A stretch of 63,929 nucleotides of DNA, filler included, from Rhabdomonas costata (taxonomy: Eukaryota), in the NCBI GenBank assembly GCA_019059605.1. It is 29 parts of 29 records of this genome, joined end to end, with 100 filler letters (N's around TTAATTAATTAA, not from the genome) between each part and the next. Parts side by side here need not be neighbours in the genome. Positions count along the whole stretch, not along the records: positions 48,533 to 50,637 come from JAHMHO010005620.1; positions 50,738 to 52,841 come from JAHMHO010005621.1; positions 52,942 to 55,116 come from JAHMHO010005622.1; positions 55,217 to 57,320 come from JAHMHO010005623.1; positions 57,421 to 59,523 come from JAHMHO010005624.1; positions 59,624 to 61,726 come from JAHMHO010005625.1; positions 61,827 to 63,929 come from JAHMHO010005626.1; 22 more parts are not named here. One strand, written 5' to 3'. The number at the start of each line of letters is the position of its first letter. Positions within the stretch are counted from its first letter, which is position 1. Below the pieces are notes generated by a model that did not search any database, was not told the origin of the DNA, and was given only the letters and a program-made list of their open reading frames with translations. Both the position numbers and the translations under genes were made by a program. Below, piece by piece: positions 49,106-61,847 of this stretch.

Positions 49106-50754
49106 CGCCCGTTAGACGACCGTCTAACACCCCTTAGAGGGCGCCCCCACTCTCAACTGTGCATCCCCCTGCCTTTCGGCTTTTGCACCTCAAATCACAG
49201 CACGCCGTCCAGGCTAAAGGGAGGGGTCCGCAACCTGCTGGAAGCCTCAGCACAAATCCCTCCTGCAATTGCTAATCATAATCTGAGACACTGTAAATCT
49301 GGGATGACACTGTAAATGAGAAAGCACGAGTCATTCACTGGGACTACCCTCAGCAGCGCCCCAAAAACGATCTTTCTAAACAAAAATACCGGCCGTTCAC
49401 CTCTCAAGCAGCAGCTAAAAGAAATGCTCGAGCTGCGCGAACAAACGAGAAGGGGACAAACAGGTGGTGAACGTGAACCTTCTTGAGCGCAGCCTTTCCA
49501 CCGCCCTTGGTGGACCTCAGCGAGAGGTCGGCCGCACTGGTGTGGTTTCGAACCCCCGCACGGTCCATGTGTGTCTCCGACTGCTCCTTTAGCCTCCGTG
49601 CGGCCTGCAAGCGACCAACCACCGTTCATTTTCCTCTTTCAACCCCCTCCCTTCTCAACATTCGCTGTTCTTATCCTGAAGTGTGACATTCCTGTGATCC
49701 TATTACAGCTGACACAACACGCAGACGTCAGAAGTGAACATGGGGCACAACATTTCTGCTTTGACTCTTTGACTTGGGGACATTGTGTTTGGGACAAATG
49801 GTCGTGTGTGTGTGTGTGTGCACGTTAGCGAGATGAAAGAAAAAAAGAAGCACACAGAAAAGGGTATACACTGGTAGGTGTGTGTGTGTGTGTATGTGTG
49901 TGTGTTTGACCCTTATCAGCAGCCATTCAAAGTTTTCCCACGGAAGGAGACTCCGGCCATTTGAGCGCGCCGAGGCAACTTATGTCCCCAACCAGGGACC
50001 TGCTGGCCCACATGTTCCACAGGGGAAGATGCTTGGGGTGGGGCACGAGGCACAGCACACCTCTTGCAACTCCTTTTCATCGAGGAAGGAGTTTTCCACC
50101 ACCAGGGGGTTGTCCAAGGCCTTGATGTTGCCCAGCACGGTGGACTGAACCTGAGGCGGCCCACACACAGGAGATTCAAAACCCACGGACGTGGACGAGC
50201 AGCTCGAGCGAAGTCTACAATCCTGGACACCCAAGGTCAACCTCTCGGAATGAGAGAAAGAGCCAGGGAGGGCGTCGTGTCCGACCGGCACTCGCCGTGC
50301 CACAGCCACCGACTTCTTCGGACTTCTTCGGATAACGCGGAGATGGTTGAAGACGAGGAAAGAGCCCCCACCAGCCGAGCCGTTGCAAAAGAAACTCTCG
50401 GTTTTGCTTTGTTTTCTCGCTTGATATTATTGAGCTAAAAGAAAAGCAAAAATTCAGCACAACGACGAGACCCCGACCAAGGTCGAGCTCAGATGACGCC
50501 GAAGCATGGCCTTATTCAGGACCAAGGAGATCTGGACCTCGAATGTTTCACAGGACAACGAGAAGGTCACAAGATTCCCCAAATCCTCAACCGATATTCG
50601 GGCGGTCGGGACCCAGAATAGGAAAAGCCCAAACCCCNNNNNNNNNNNNNNNNNNNNNNNNNNNNNNNNNNNNNNNNNNNNTTAATTAATTAANNNNNNN
50701 NNNNNNNNNNNNNNNNNNNNNNNNNNNNNNNNNNNNNGGGTCGCGGGCACGGAC

Positions 50755-52830
50755 CTGGACCCCTGGCACACGTAAGCTCGAGAAGTCCTCCAGCTGGCCG
50801 GCAAAGCCTGGCTCCGAGGGCGAGGTCAGCAGCACTACACATCCCCGGTCGCCCGCCCCCCTGCCAGAACACAGCAGTTCTGCGGTATCGGAGCGCAGCT
50901 CCGGGGGGACCAGCGCGAGAGCGCGGGGCTCAAGCAACCGCCGCAGCGTGGCGGGCTCCATCTCAAACCCTGTGCCCCGTCACATACGGCCAAGCAGAGA
51001 GTAGAAAAGGCATGGCCCACCATGGAAGAAGAAGGTAGAGGAGCTGAACAATCGCAAAATGGAGTCTCGGCCCAATGGAAGTTGGCCGGGGGGGGGGGGT
51101 AGAGGAAAACTGGCATTTGCTGAATTAACTAAAAAAAACTTCCAGTGAAGTGGTACTACTACCTCAATGTTTACAATGGAGGATCAAGGGAAAAAAGTTC
51201 GCTAGGGGCAGGGAAACCTGAAACGGACATGAGGACAAAACGAAAAAAAACACAGGATACCGCAACACTTGTTGACAGCGAATACACACAGACAAAAGGG
51301 CCCTTTCCGGAAAAAGGGGCAAACCACTCTCGCGGGCAATGCCCCTGGGGTGCAGGAAGGCCAGGGTGGGCACCGAGCTCACTGCCAGGGCATTTAGAAT
51401 GCCTCGGTCCACTCCGCGAGTGCATACCTATTTTTGCCATAAAAAAAAGAAGAAAACTCAGTTGTGTGTGACGGTAATAACAAAGTCTTCTTCCAGTGGG
51501 AAAGCTTTCACGGGCCCTTGTTTTTCGGTGGCAGCTCCAGGGGAAGTGTGCCGAACTGAATACTGAACTCTGGGGTCACCCATATCGCCAACCGCTCTGG
51601 ACCGTTTCTTATTCTTTTTTTTTGGGGGGGGTTAAACTTGCAAAGCTGAACGTGGGTTGTAATATCAAAATACATTCTTGCGCGTTTCGGAGTTTTTTTT
51701 GGTTGGGTTTTTATTGTTGATGGACAGATTGTGGGACTGGTTTTGGGGCCGCGAGACAGCAGGAGCTGAGGCGAAGAGGAGTCCGGGGAGTAAATTTGGG
51801 GTTACCTGACAATGCACGACACGCTCATGGAGTTTAGGGCGGGTTGGGGAGGGGCAAAGTCCACCCTTCCAGACTTCCGAATGCAACATCGTTGACTCAT
51901 CAGCGTTCCCAAAGGGTATAAACCGATCGTCCACTAACCACCTACGAATCTAAACCTGCACTAGAACTTCCCAGCCAACCACTAGTGATTGCAATTGCCG
52001 AGCCCACCCCCCCTCGTCTTGTGTACTTTAAAGACGTGAAAATGGAGAAGGAAAGATATGAGAGAGGGACTGCTTTTCATACGTAGGCAAAGTCTACGAT
52101 CGCCGGAAACTCAGTGCTGACCAGCAGGTAGGCAGGAGGAATCGACGAGTGATCCGAAACCAGGACAACCTGAATAGCATGGGAAAGCAACTGCACCGTT
52201 CTACACGAAAACAACATACAAAAATTAGCCTATAACACAGCGGGGGCGTGCGCGGCAGGTGTGCCAAACTACAATGAATTCCCAACTTTGAGAGACCAAC
52301 AAGACCTGAGAATCCGGGTGAAAGGCTGCAGAACACCCACCTACAAATCGACCCTGCAGAAGTGTAAAAACGTGCACCCCAGGCCAAATATCTCAAAGGG
52401 CCAAACACGGCCTGTAAAAACGCTCTAGGACAGCCACAAGCTGACCAACAAATCAAAATACCAGCTTTTTCTCCATGCGCAGTGTTGTCGGGCGGGGTTG
52501 TCGCTGGGCAGTGGAAAAAACGATCGAAACTTACTCTTTGGTGGCAGTGATTGTGCGGTTGTGGTAGCGACAATGACAAAAAGGCAAACCGATACATTGG
52601 AAAATAGGGGAACCGGGTACGAAACCACCGCAAGAAAAGGGGGCACCAGACCTTCAGCCTCTGGGGCTCGGTTGTGCTCCAACTCTTGAGCTCGGCCACC
52701 GTGGTTAGCTTTTCGATGTTGTGGGGTAGCTCTTGCTCCAGCACCCGCCCCACAGTCGACCAGCGACTGAGCGGTGAGGTGTCCCGAGTACTTTTCCACG
52801 GGCTCGCCTGCCGAGGAAAAGTACTCGGGA
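50755..52830 (-). CDS. Multi-thioredoxin-fold protein (DNAJC16/PDI-like non-catalytic domains), 4 exons
   Basis: Exons ~52830-52652 (7-nt frame disruption at 52747-52753), 52169-52083, 51427-51325 and 50969-50755 with GT-AG introns. Reads YSGHLTAQSLVD..LPHNIEKL...KVVLVSD...DFAYV...VSSVPTLAFL. Confidence 0.7.
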
Positions 52831-54441
52831 CACCCCACCCCNNNNNNNNNNNNNNNNNNNNNNNNNNNNNNNNNNNNNNNNNNNNTTAATTAATTAANNN
52901 NNNNNNNNNNNNNNNNNNNNNNNNNNNNNNNNNNNNNNNNNGGGGTTGGGGGGCAGTTGAGTGCGGTTGTGTGGGTGTGCGCGTTTGGGTGGGTGTGTAT
53001 GAGAGCGCCAGTACCCGCGTCGGGCTCGGGTTCCCAACAACCTGCGGGTGGACAAGGGTGTTGCAAGAATGCACGTGGCGAGAATGCCCCCCCCCTCTCG
53101 CTCGTTCGCCTTAGGTTTGCTTCGCGGGCAAGCAAGTTCCTCATGCAATCCTTGTACAGATTTACTCGTTCCTCGGCTACCACGATGGTACGTCAGCGCT
53201 CCTGGCACTCCCAACTCTTGCTTTGCTGGGCCATCCTTGCCTGTTTTCTGCAACAAAGTGCTTCATGTGTGCTCTGTTTTATGTTTATTGCATTTTTTGT
53301 TCCATGTGCTTCGTTTCCTTTAAGTCCACATAACTGCGCCTGTTGCAACAACTGGTCCCTGCATATTGGAATACTTTCCCTACCTCGGTGCGGTAGATCT
53401 CTCCCTACCCGCCCCCAAGGAACTTCCCTTTCATCAGTCCATCTCGTTTACATTTGATCCATCGCTCTGCAAACCACCGCTTTTCGAACAAGTGAAATCC
53501 CCAGAACTGGTCAAAACTGGTCCACCTCACCACCAAGCGCTCATACGTTTTCGTGCCGTTGTTTCTGTTCTGTTGGGTCTCCCTGACTTTACTTTGCTTT
53601 GCTTTTTCTTTGGAAGAACTGCCATGATGATCCCGGTGTTTTACCGGTTTGATGTTGTCCAGCTGCGTTCAGCTCTCTCTGCGACACAGCTGGACGAATC
53701 GATGATTCTCATAGAAGTGCATCTGAAATGCTTTTCCTTTTCCAGCGCGTTCAGCCTGCTCGGGTCACTTTCTAAGTTTTTTATTAGGTTCGTGTCCTTT
53801 GTAGTCGGATTTTCATACTCTTCAGAGTCACACTCACGTTTTTTTTGCGGCCGTTTGTGGGGGAGGAGGGGGTGACGAAGGATATCCGGAGGACGAAAAA
53901 GCATCGACACAGCTGACAGAAAATCGGACTTCAATGCATTTACCACACAAGGAACATCTCATCGTGACATAAAACTACACTTGCATTGCACCACATGACT
54001 ACTTCGCGGTTCAGAGACGACCCATGTCGTTTCTATTGTGGGGGGCGGCTGTAGGTGATTGGTCAGCCTTTGAAGCTTGCTAACTTTCTTGCCTTCCGTA
54101 CAAAGCAGAGACATTTTAACGGACGGCCATTTTCTTTCCGTTTTCCGCGTTGGTGCCTGGCATGAAGAGATGGGTTGACCATCTTTAAAGAATCCGCACG
54201 GTTACATTTCGGGTTTCTGTGGGGGGCCGGGCTGGCACGTGGCAGAAAAGGGGTCCATCTCGTATCTTCACCAAAGTTTTGTTGGCTGGAACTCAACAAC
54301 GCGCCGATTGGACTCTTCCATATAGGAGGCTCCGAGCAGCAGAGGGTTTCAAATGGTAGATAGGTCAGATGTAAAGGTAGATATGTCATTCGCCTACATT
54401 TGTGGTGGCCTTGGCCTCGCCTGTTTGCGTGGTGTGCGCAG

Positions 54442-55061
54442 TGCGGGTCGCGGCGCGGATCAGCCGGGGCTTTCGGTCGCTGGGCGACAGCCAGGAGCTC
54501 TGGCACGAGCTCTTCCTGGGCAAGGTCAAGTGCGTCTTCGACGGCGAGACCCACTGGCGGAAGTTCTTCGGGGTGGGCGAGGAGAAGCCTGCCTCCAAGG
54601 CCGACGCCCGCGACAGGGGCAAGGAGAAGGACAAGGTGCCCCCCACAGACCGAGATTTCCGCACCGCCACATAATCCTGAATAGACTGAAAATGCCTGAG
54701 GGTACTGCAGGCATCACGACAAACTGAGAGTTGCCAACATGGGACGTTACAGGATGACAGGATGGAATCTGTGTGTGCATGACATAGGAAAAGAAGGACT
54801 TCATTTAAATTTAAAAGAACTGAGAACTGAGAACTGCTGATCCAAAGCGTAGAATGACGTGCCCTCCTTCCCTCACTTCCCCGAACAGCATGTGAACTGG
54901 AAGCAGAACTTCACCGAGCTGGCAGGGAACCTCCAGCACGACGAGTCCTTCCTACAGGTCAAGGGGGCCCACCTGGGGTGCTCCGACCCGTACACACCGG
55001 AGGACCGTAAGGCCCGCATCCTTCCGGTCACGGGGGTGAACAACCTGGTGTTCTCCTTGCC

Positions 55062-55063
<2 letters not shown>
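54442..55063 (+). CDS. F-box-like protein, 2 exons
   Basis: Exons 54442-54635 and 54889-55063 (phase 0, GT-AG) with very high GC3. RVAARISRGFRSLGDSQELWHELF resembles an F-box C-terminal half, followed by VNWKQNF. Confidence 0.7.

Positions 55064-55116
<53 letters not shown>
55064..55116. repeat. (GT)n microsatellite starting at the splice donor
   Basis: Perfect dinucleotide run to the contig end. Confidence 0.97.
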
Positions 55117-57662
55117 NNNNNNNNNNNNNNNNNNNNNNNNNNNNNNNNNNNNNNNNNNNNTTAATTAATTAANNNNNNNNNNNNNNNNNNNNNNNNNNNN
55201 NNNNNNNNNNNNNNNNGGGGTTGGGGGTCTCTTCCGTACAGATTCACAAATGGTAGAACAAATGAATGAAGGAGTTGATTATGATGCTTCTCTTTCGCTG
55301 CAATTTCAAAAGATATCAAAAAAATGCGCAGTGTTTATAATTAGTGCAAATTTGTCTTCCATTTATTTGCTTGAATTAACTATTGTATTGGTTTTTTTGT
55401 ACAAATCACTCTCATCACGGAATACATGTTTTTCAACTAGGGTTAAGATGGAGGTCAATCTGATAATTTCAATCCAATTCAAGCAAAAGTACTTCATTGC
55501 TTATGCAAGGAAAAGTTGAAACTGTGCGCTTCCAGTTGGAGGCAATCTTTACTGCCTGTTGAGCGCGTAGCGTTGCAACAATGTGTGCTATGGGTTTGTG
55601 AAGCTTGCAGCAACTTCCATTGTTTACAAAACTCTTATTATATTCAAGCTCTTATTTCAGCAATAGCAGAAAAAAGCAAAAATTAAACTCAATAAAATTG
55701 TCAAAATAGGGCCGCCCAATTAGTTTCAAGGACTTCCTCGCAGTTTTTTTTTTCAAAATTTTCTGCTTTCGTCAACACTGCAGTACATTCATTGAAAAAA
55801 TTGGCAGCAACAACACAATGGACCTTCTGGACTAATTAGGCGTATTGAGAAAATCTGCTTGACGCTTTCACTAACACGTTTGTACTACTGAAATTAGGCG
55901 TTTTTCGCTCAAATTGCTCGTTTTTGGTGCTTCCCAGATGTTTCACCGGCGATCGTTCATGTGACGCAGTGTGCCATGATTACATATGCCGTGCTCGAAT
56001 CGAGGGCTATATGAGAGCATTCCGCACGGGTAAGGCAAGTATCCGGCCCACGCTACACCTCGCATTTATTCGGAAACTAACGGGAGGTGTTCTGACCAAG
56101 GCCTTCGTGCGGTTAAAGCTATGCAGCGTATGAAAATGCAAAATACAACACACTCCCCAAACTGAATTTTGACACACTTTTTCGTAAAACGGGGTTCCCG
56201 CAAAAACGCGTTGCAAATTCCAGGCCGGTAAAAAGCATATAATCGACCATTGGACGAAAAAAGAAAATGCGGAGCATAAAAAAAGCAAGGAGGTTCAAAC
56301 CAAAATACAATAGTGATAATTAAAGGGAAGGGTGTCTTGCGGCCTCGGGGCGTTTTGTTCCAAAGGAGGGTCGCACTACCGCGGAAGCAGGAGATGCGGG
56401 TGGGCTAGTTTTGGCTTCCATGGCTAGTGGCGGTTGAACCGAATTGAACGATTCGTTCGTGGAGTTGTGCTTTATTTGTTTCTTTTGAGAGAGGCGCAGT
56501 CATAGATGTTCCATGTTTCAAGTGGTGAAAAGCGTTGCGGCGGTCTTGCTTATCTCCGGACCCTGCGGCTGCTTTTTTGTTACCTCAAACCCCGAAGTGT
56601 CGGCGGCGGGCAGATGTCCATGCTGTTGACAAAGAAAATTCTATGCCCTTTCTAGCCATGGGGGTGTGAATTGCTAGTGCGAACCTTGCCAATGAAATGG
56701 CGGGGGGAAAGCGCAAATTGGCGAGACCAAAAATGCGAAGCAAAAAATTACATTTCAAGACAAATTTTCGCCTGGGTTCATTTTCAAAACCGAATTAAAA
56801 TGACAAGAGAAGGGGGATCCGTCTTCAGCAGCAGCAGTCACCGCCGTAAGCTGGACCTTCAATTGCACCGCCCGTTGCTGTGTTACCCATTGTTTTTTGC
56901 AACTTTGGGAATCCAAAAACACAGGAACCCAAAAAGCAGGTGGAATGATGAAGAGTGATGTCTTGTCGGGAGCTGTCGTTCCCAAGGCGGGCGGAGCGCC
57001 AGGACGAAGGACATGCGCAAGAAGAACGCCCTTAGGAACCCAAAGGAGGGGTAAGATGCAAAGGGGTGGCCGCAGAAGGCAAAAATCACCGAAATGAACT
57101 TGGGGAAAGTGATTTTTGATGTTGGATGTTGGGGGAACCGATCTCTTGCTGTATGGCATACTCTTCCTTTTCGGCACCACTTTGCCCATTTCTTTATGCA
57201 AGAAAACACAAATAGGCTCAAGTAAAAGACGGCTTGCAAATGGTCATCAGAAGAGCATATCCCAATTCTCGTTTTTCGACCGCATTCCACTTTTTGACTT
57301 GACTTGACGCCCCCCACCTTNNNNNNNNNNNNNNNNNNNNNNNNNNNNNNNNNNNNNNNNNNNNTTAATTAATTAANNNNNNNNNNNNNNNNNNNNNNNN
57401 NNNNNNNNNNNNNNNNNNNNGAACCCATTGCAGCTTGCACCTGAAGCCGAAGCGTCTTGGGCCTTTTCTACTGCGCAAACGAGGCAGAGAGACCCCGAGG
57501 CCGTCCTTGCACCACCTGGCGGTAGCCCTTAGGGCGGGCCTTTTTAGCTGTGCATCTTGTTCTTCCACAAGCAGTACCTTACACATGTCCGAACCCATTT
57601 ATCCATTTCTTCAGTGTCCATTTGTTCAGGAGCACAGACCCAGACCACACGCACACGCACAC

Positions 57663-59523
57663 CTGCAGTGTCCGTCTCCATCCCAAGCGCTCGCTCCACC
57701 TTGTGCTTCTTCGTCGTACTGAACCGGAACCCCGCCGCCTCAATGGCGCAGTCCACGCCCTTCGGCACCAGCCGCAGCACCGCCGCGGGCACGCTCTCGC
57801 CCGAGGGCAGGTTGTCACGGTCAATGACCTCGATATTGAGAATTGACTTTGCCAGAAGAAGGCGCTCCGGGAGGTAGTCAATGCCTAGGTAAAAAATAGT
57901 TTGGGTGATTGAAATTGAAGAGGTGAGCACGGTGAGAGGAAGCAAAAAACGACATGCAAGATGGAGCGAGGGGTGCCGAACCAAATCTCGATTAATTCTA
58001 CTATCAGACGAAAACAAAGAAGAAAGATAACAGACAAGAAAACAAAGAAAAAAGAACCTGAAAAAGTGCTACCTAAAAAACCCAACAACCGAAAAAACAG
58101 CGCTAATGAGAGAACCAAAAATGAAGTCCACACGCACCAATGACTTTCCGCGCCCCCTTGATCTGGCACCACCGAGCTGCCAGAAGCCCGATCGGCCCCA
58201 GACCCCAGATCGCAACCGTGTCGCCCTGCTGCACCTCCCCCATGCACACCGCGTGCATCGCCGTCGGAAGCACGTCTGCCATCAGCACCGCCTTGGCGTC
58301 CGGGATCTCCGCTGGCACAGGGAAGCAGTTCACATCCGCGAAGGGCACCCGCACGTACTCCGCCTGGCAACAATATAGGGCTCCCCCAGCGCAAGTCGTG
58401 AAACAGTGAGACTCGTGGCGGTGGGCATGCACTCTTATAATCTTTAGGGACATGGTTTTTAGGAAATGGTAATCTAGGGGACTGCTATCGAAGCTTCTTG
58501 CTGAAAACAACGCTAGCAGTAAGGGGGCGACAGCGGGTGGCTCCCAGTGTCTGTGGGGGGGGATATTGATGAGCGCAGCGAATTTGGTGCGATTCATTTC
58601 GACCCACGCTGACACAAAAGAGTCCGCCGCAGCCGTGCGATGCTAATGAGTGCGTGTAATCGGGGATCCTGCGTAAGCATAGGAAAGCAGAAGAGGCGAA
58701 CGCATAAAAAACGGGAAGGCAGCGCTGAAGCGGATGATTCCAAAAATGCAGAATCCACAATACCTGGGACCCGGGCACCCCGCCCAGCATCTCCCCATAG
58801 CCATAGACCGCGGCGTGAGACTGCCCCGTCAGTTGAACGTTGAAGTTGCTGTCATTGGTGTGGGCACAGCCCGTGAATTCCCCGCGGTTGCACCACTCGC
58901 ACTTCCCGCACGCGATGCAGAACGGAAGCACCACGCGGTCCCCCACTTTCACCTTAGTCACTCCGCTGCCCACCGCCGAAATCACTCCCACAGCCTCGTG
59001 GCCCTGTGGTTTCCATTTTCATTCAACTGGGCTACAGGCCAACTTTTAGGTGAGGTACGCGAAGCAATTCATCTCTCATGAAGACGCTAAAAAAGAACTT
59101 CGCCATTCTCGCAAGGTGAACCAAACCACGAAACTCAGATTTCCCCACAAAAACGATGCCTGCAATCGTATCATGATCACCTGGCTTACCAGGCTCGCCT
59201 CCCGCTGAAATCAAAGCCCTCAGAGTACTGTCCCAACATAACCCCACCCCTACAAGAAAGGAAGCGTACCAGGATTTGCCCAGGCTTCAGCCCAGGAATC
59301 TCCCCGGAGTACACATGGCTGTCGCTCCCGCTGCAGATGCTCGCCGCGCAGACCTTCACAATGGCGTCATCGGGGTGCGTCAGCGCGGGCCTCGGTACCA
59401 CCTCCACCCGGACGTCCTTCTTGCCCCAGTACATCACCGCATGCATCGCGGCCGTAGAGGGAAGAGGCTTAGTGCTGCCCTGGGCCACGGGGTGCTGGCC
59501 AGACGCCTCCACTCCAGAGTAGT
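57663..59523 (-). CDS. Zn-dependent alcohol dehydrogenase (MDR family, formaldehyde dehydrogenase-like/YbdR type), 4 exons
   Basis: Exons >59512-59270, 59003-58764, 58363-58138 and 57884-57663 with GT-AG introns. Motifs IL|GHEAVG, IACGKCEWC.......C, GSQ|AEYVRVPFAD, DVLPTA, WGLGPIG and VERALGMETDT. Confidence 0.96.
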
Positions 59524-61847
59524 NNNNNNNNNNNNNNNNNNNNNNNNNNNNNNNNNNNNNNNNNNNNTTAATTAATTAANNNNNNNNNNNNNNNNNNNNN
59601 NNNNNNNNNNNNNNNNNNNNNNNGGGTGTTGTGGCGCCAGTGCAAGGGCTGTCATGGAGTGGGTGTTGAGCCTAATGACAAAATGAGATGAAGTGCACGT
59701 TAATAGAACCTGGGCTGTCATCAACCGCAAGAAAGCTGCAGGTTCGGTTTCTTTGTTTGGTGATGAGATAACCCGATCCTGTCTGTGCAAGTGTATTTTC
59801 TGTCTTGTAGAACGAAATCAATTATTTTGCACGTCATGTTGGACCTGCACCTTTTCAAACAAAGCCACGCGGCAGGGAGGTGAAGAAAGACATTATTCCC
59901 ATTTGCCACGTATGTGTGGGGATGATAACGGTATCAAAAGTGATTAAAATGATAACGTGAACCATCCGAACCAGAACAGGTTGAAAGACGTGTCTGCGCC
60001 CTCACTTTGATATTTAATTTTTTATTCCAGCCACAATCGTGGGCCTAGCAGTTTATAGTCACAAAACCACCACATATACTGTTCGTATGTGTATACGGCA
60101 CTTGTGGAGCAGTGTATCCACCTGCCCGAAGTCGAAATAAATACATCTCGCAGGAGGTTAGGGAGATTTACATGAGGAGGAGGGGGGGACTTATTCCGTT
60201 TTAGTGTTCTTTCCACAGTGTGCTAACCTGCGCGGAGACGATCCATGGTGTTCTCTGATGTCGTACATTAAGGCTGGACACTTCCCTTATTGACTGGTTC
60301 TCTTTTGCTCGATTCGTTCTGCGTGCAATCGCTGTTCCACATATGCCGTGTGCATATATATACTGTTCTGACAGAGTTTTCCGGAGTAAACTCCTAATGG
60401 TGTCACGAACCGGCATGGTAACGCGATACCTGGATGGCTGCTCCCCATGGAAACCAGGAAACTAAGACCGAGGAATCGATCACTTCTCTCTCCAATGCAT
60501 GGGAAGGAATAGGGATAAATCACCCACGGTGTGGCCAATGGCATGAAGCCGCAATTCAATCCATGAAGCAGCGGAGGAGCACACAGCACGCAGGTAATAA
60601 GGGCCGCAATAAGAACGTCGGGCACAAGGTGCACCAGGTGTGGAATGCTAAGCTACCTGGGCAAAGGATTTCGGCCCACCGGGTTATGGTGGGACCGGCG
60701 TGGGAATGTCAACAAAAAGCCGCTGGTACTGCTGCTTTGCCGTGCTGTTGAGTGGCCTTACGCTTGCTGAACTGTGTGAACACTGTTGGTGGACACGTTT
60801 GGTTGCGCTTTGATTCTTCAACTTTTCCAAGGACCTACCGGGCCAGAGCGAGTTAAAGAAAAGGTAACCACGGGGCAAAGGCCCAAGAAAATCGTTATTT
60901 TGATACTATTGTATGTTCTTCTAAATGGGTGTTTAACCGGAACATAAAATTTGATTATTAATCTCACCTATCCTACAGACCCATCTAGGGCGTTCACCCT
61001 CCAAGGTCGTTTTAAGGCACGGAATGGAAGACAGAAAGACTAGATTACGACTAGATTAAGCATATGTTTAATCAGTTCTGATTTTACTTTCCAGTGCCTA
61101 GTTCTTCTGCCTTGTGCTGAGAAAGTAAATGAGGACCATAACGTTTGTGACCGTTCACCGTATTGCCTCCTTACTGGTGCGCGCTTTTTGCCGCAAGGGA
61201 TGTTCCGACGAGACCGGGATCGCGTTTGAGAGAATCGTGTCACCTCATTCGGTTGGTGGATTTTCCCTCGGTGCGTCCACGTCTTCGTCTTGGCTTTATT
61301 TTGGACCGAGGAAGCGGCTCGGAGGTCTCGTGCTGAGAGCTTATGAATTCTAACCGCCGCGACTTCTGCCTGGTTGTGGAAGACACTGCTTATTGGCACC
61401 ATGTGAGGTCGCGAAGCTCTTCGCCGACGCTGAGGAAAATGATATTTTGCATCTTTGGTCCTTTCTGCACTAATGAACTTCTTTTATACGGGAGCCAGGA
61501 AGTCTATAAATAGCTGCACGGTTTAAATGAGGATACACACTCGCTTGTGTCTCTGGGATTCCACCTGATGCTGTGCTGCTGCCTTTCCACCGGTTTTTCT
61601 TTCTCCACTCTGGGAAATTGCTCACGGTTAACCAGGAGCGAAAAAATCACTGCCCTGCTTGATTGCCCTCTATGAGCCCCTTACTGCATCCTTTCTTGTG
61701 CAGGAAGAGTCCGGATCACCACAACCNNNNNNNNNNNNNNNNNNNNNNNNNNNNNNNNNNNNNNNNNNNNTTAATTAATTAANNNNNNNNNNNNNNNNNN
61801 NNNNNNNNNNNNNNNNNNNNNNNNNNTTTTGGGGGGGGTTGACGGAC

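Noticed and set aside
51325-51345. GC donor AGG G|GCATTG in the thioredoxin-fold gene
   Set aside because: An in-phase canonical donor (G|GTTTGC at 51324) lies just downstream and gives a sensible protein.
55939-56030. Possible Cys-containing exon (CFTGDRSCDAVCHDYICRARIEGY) with AG/GT borders
   Set aside because: No family match or supporting neighbouring exons could be established.
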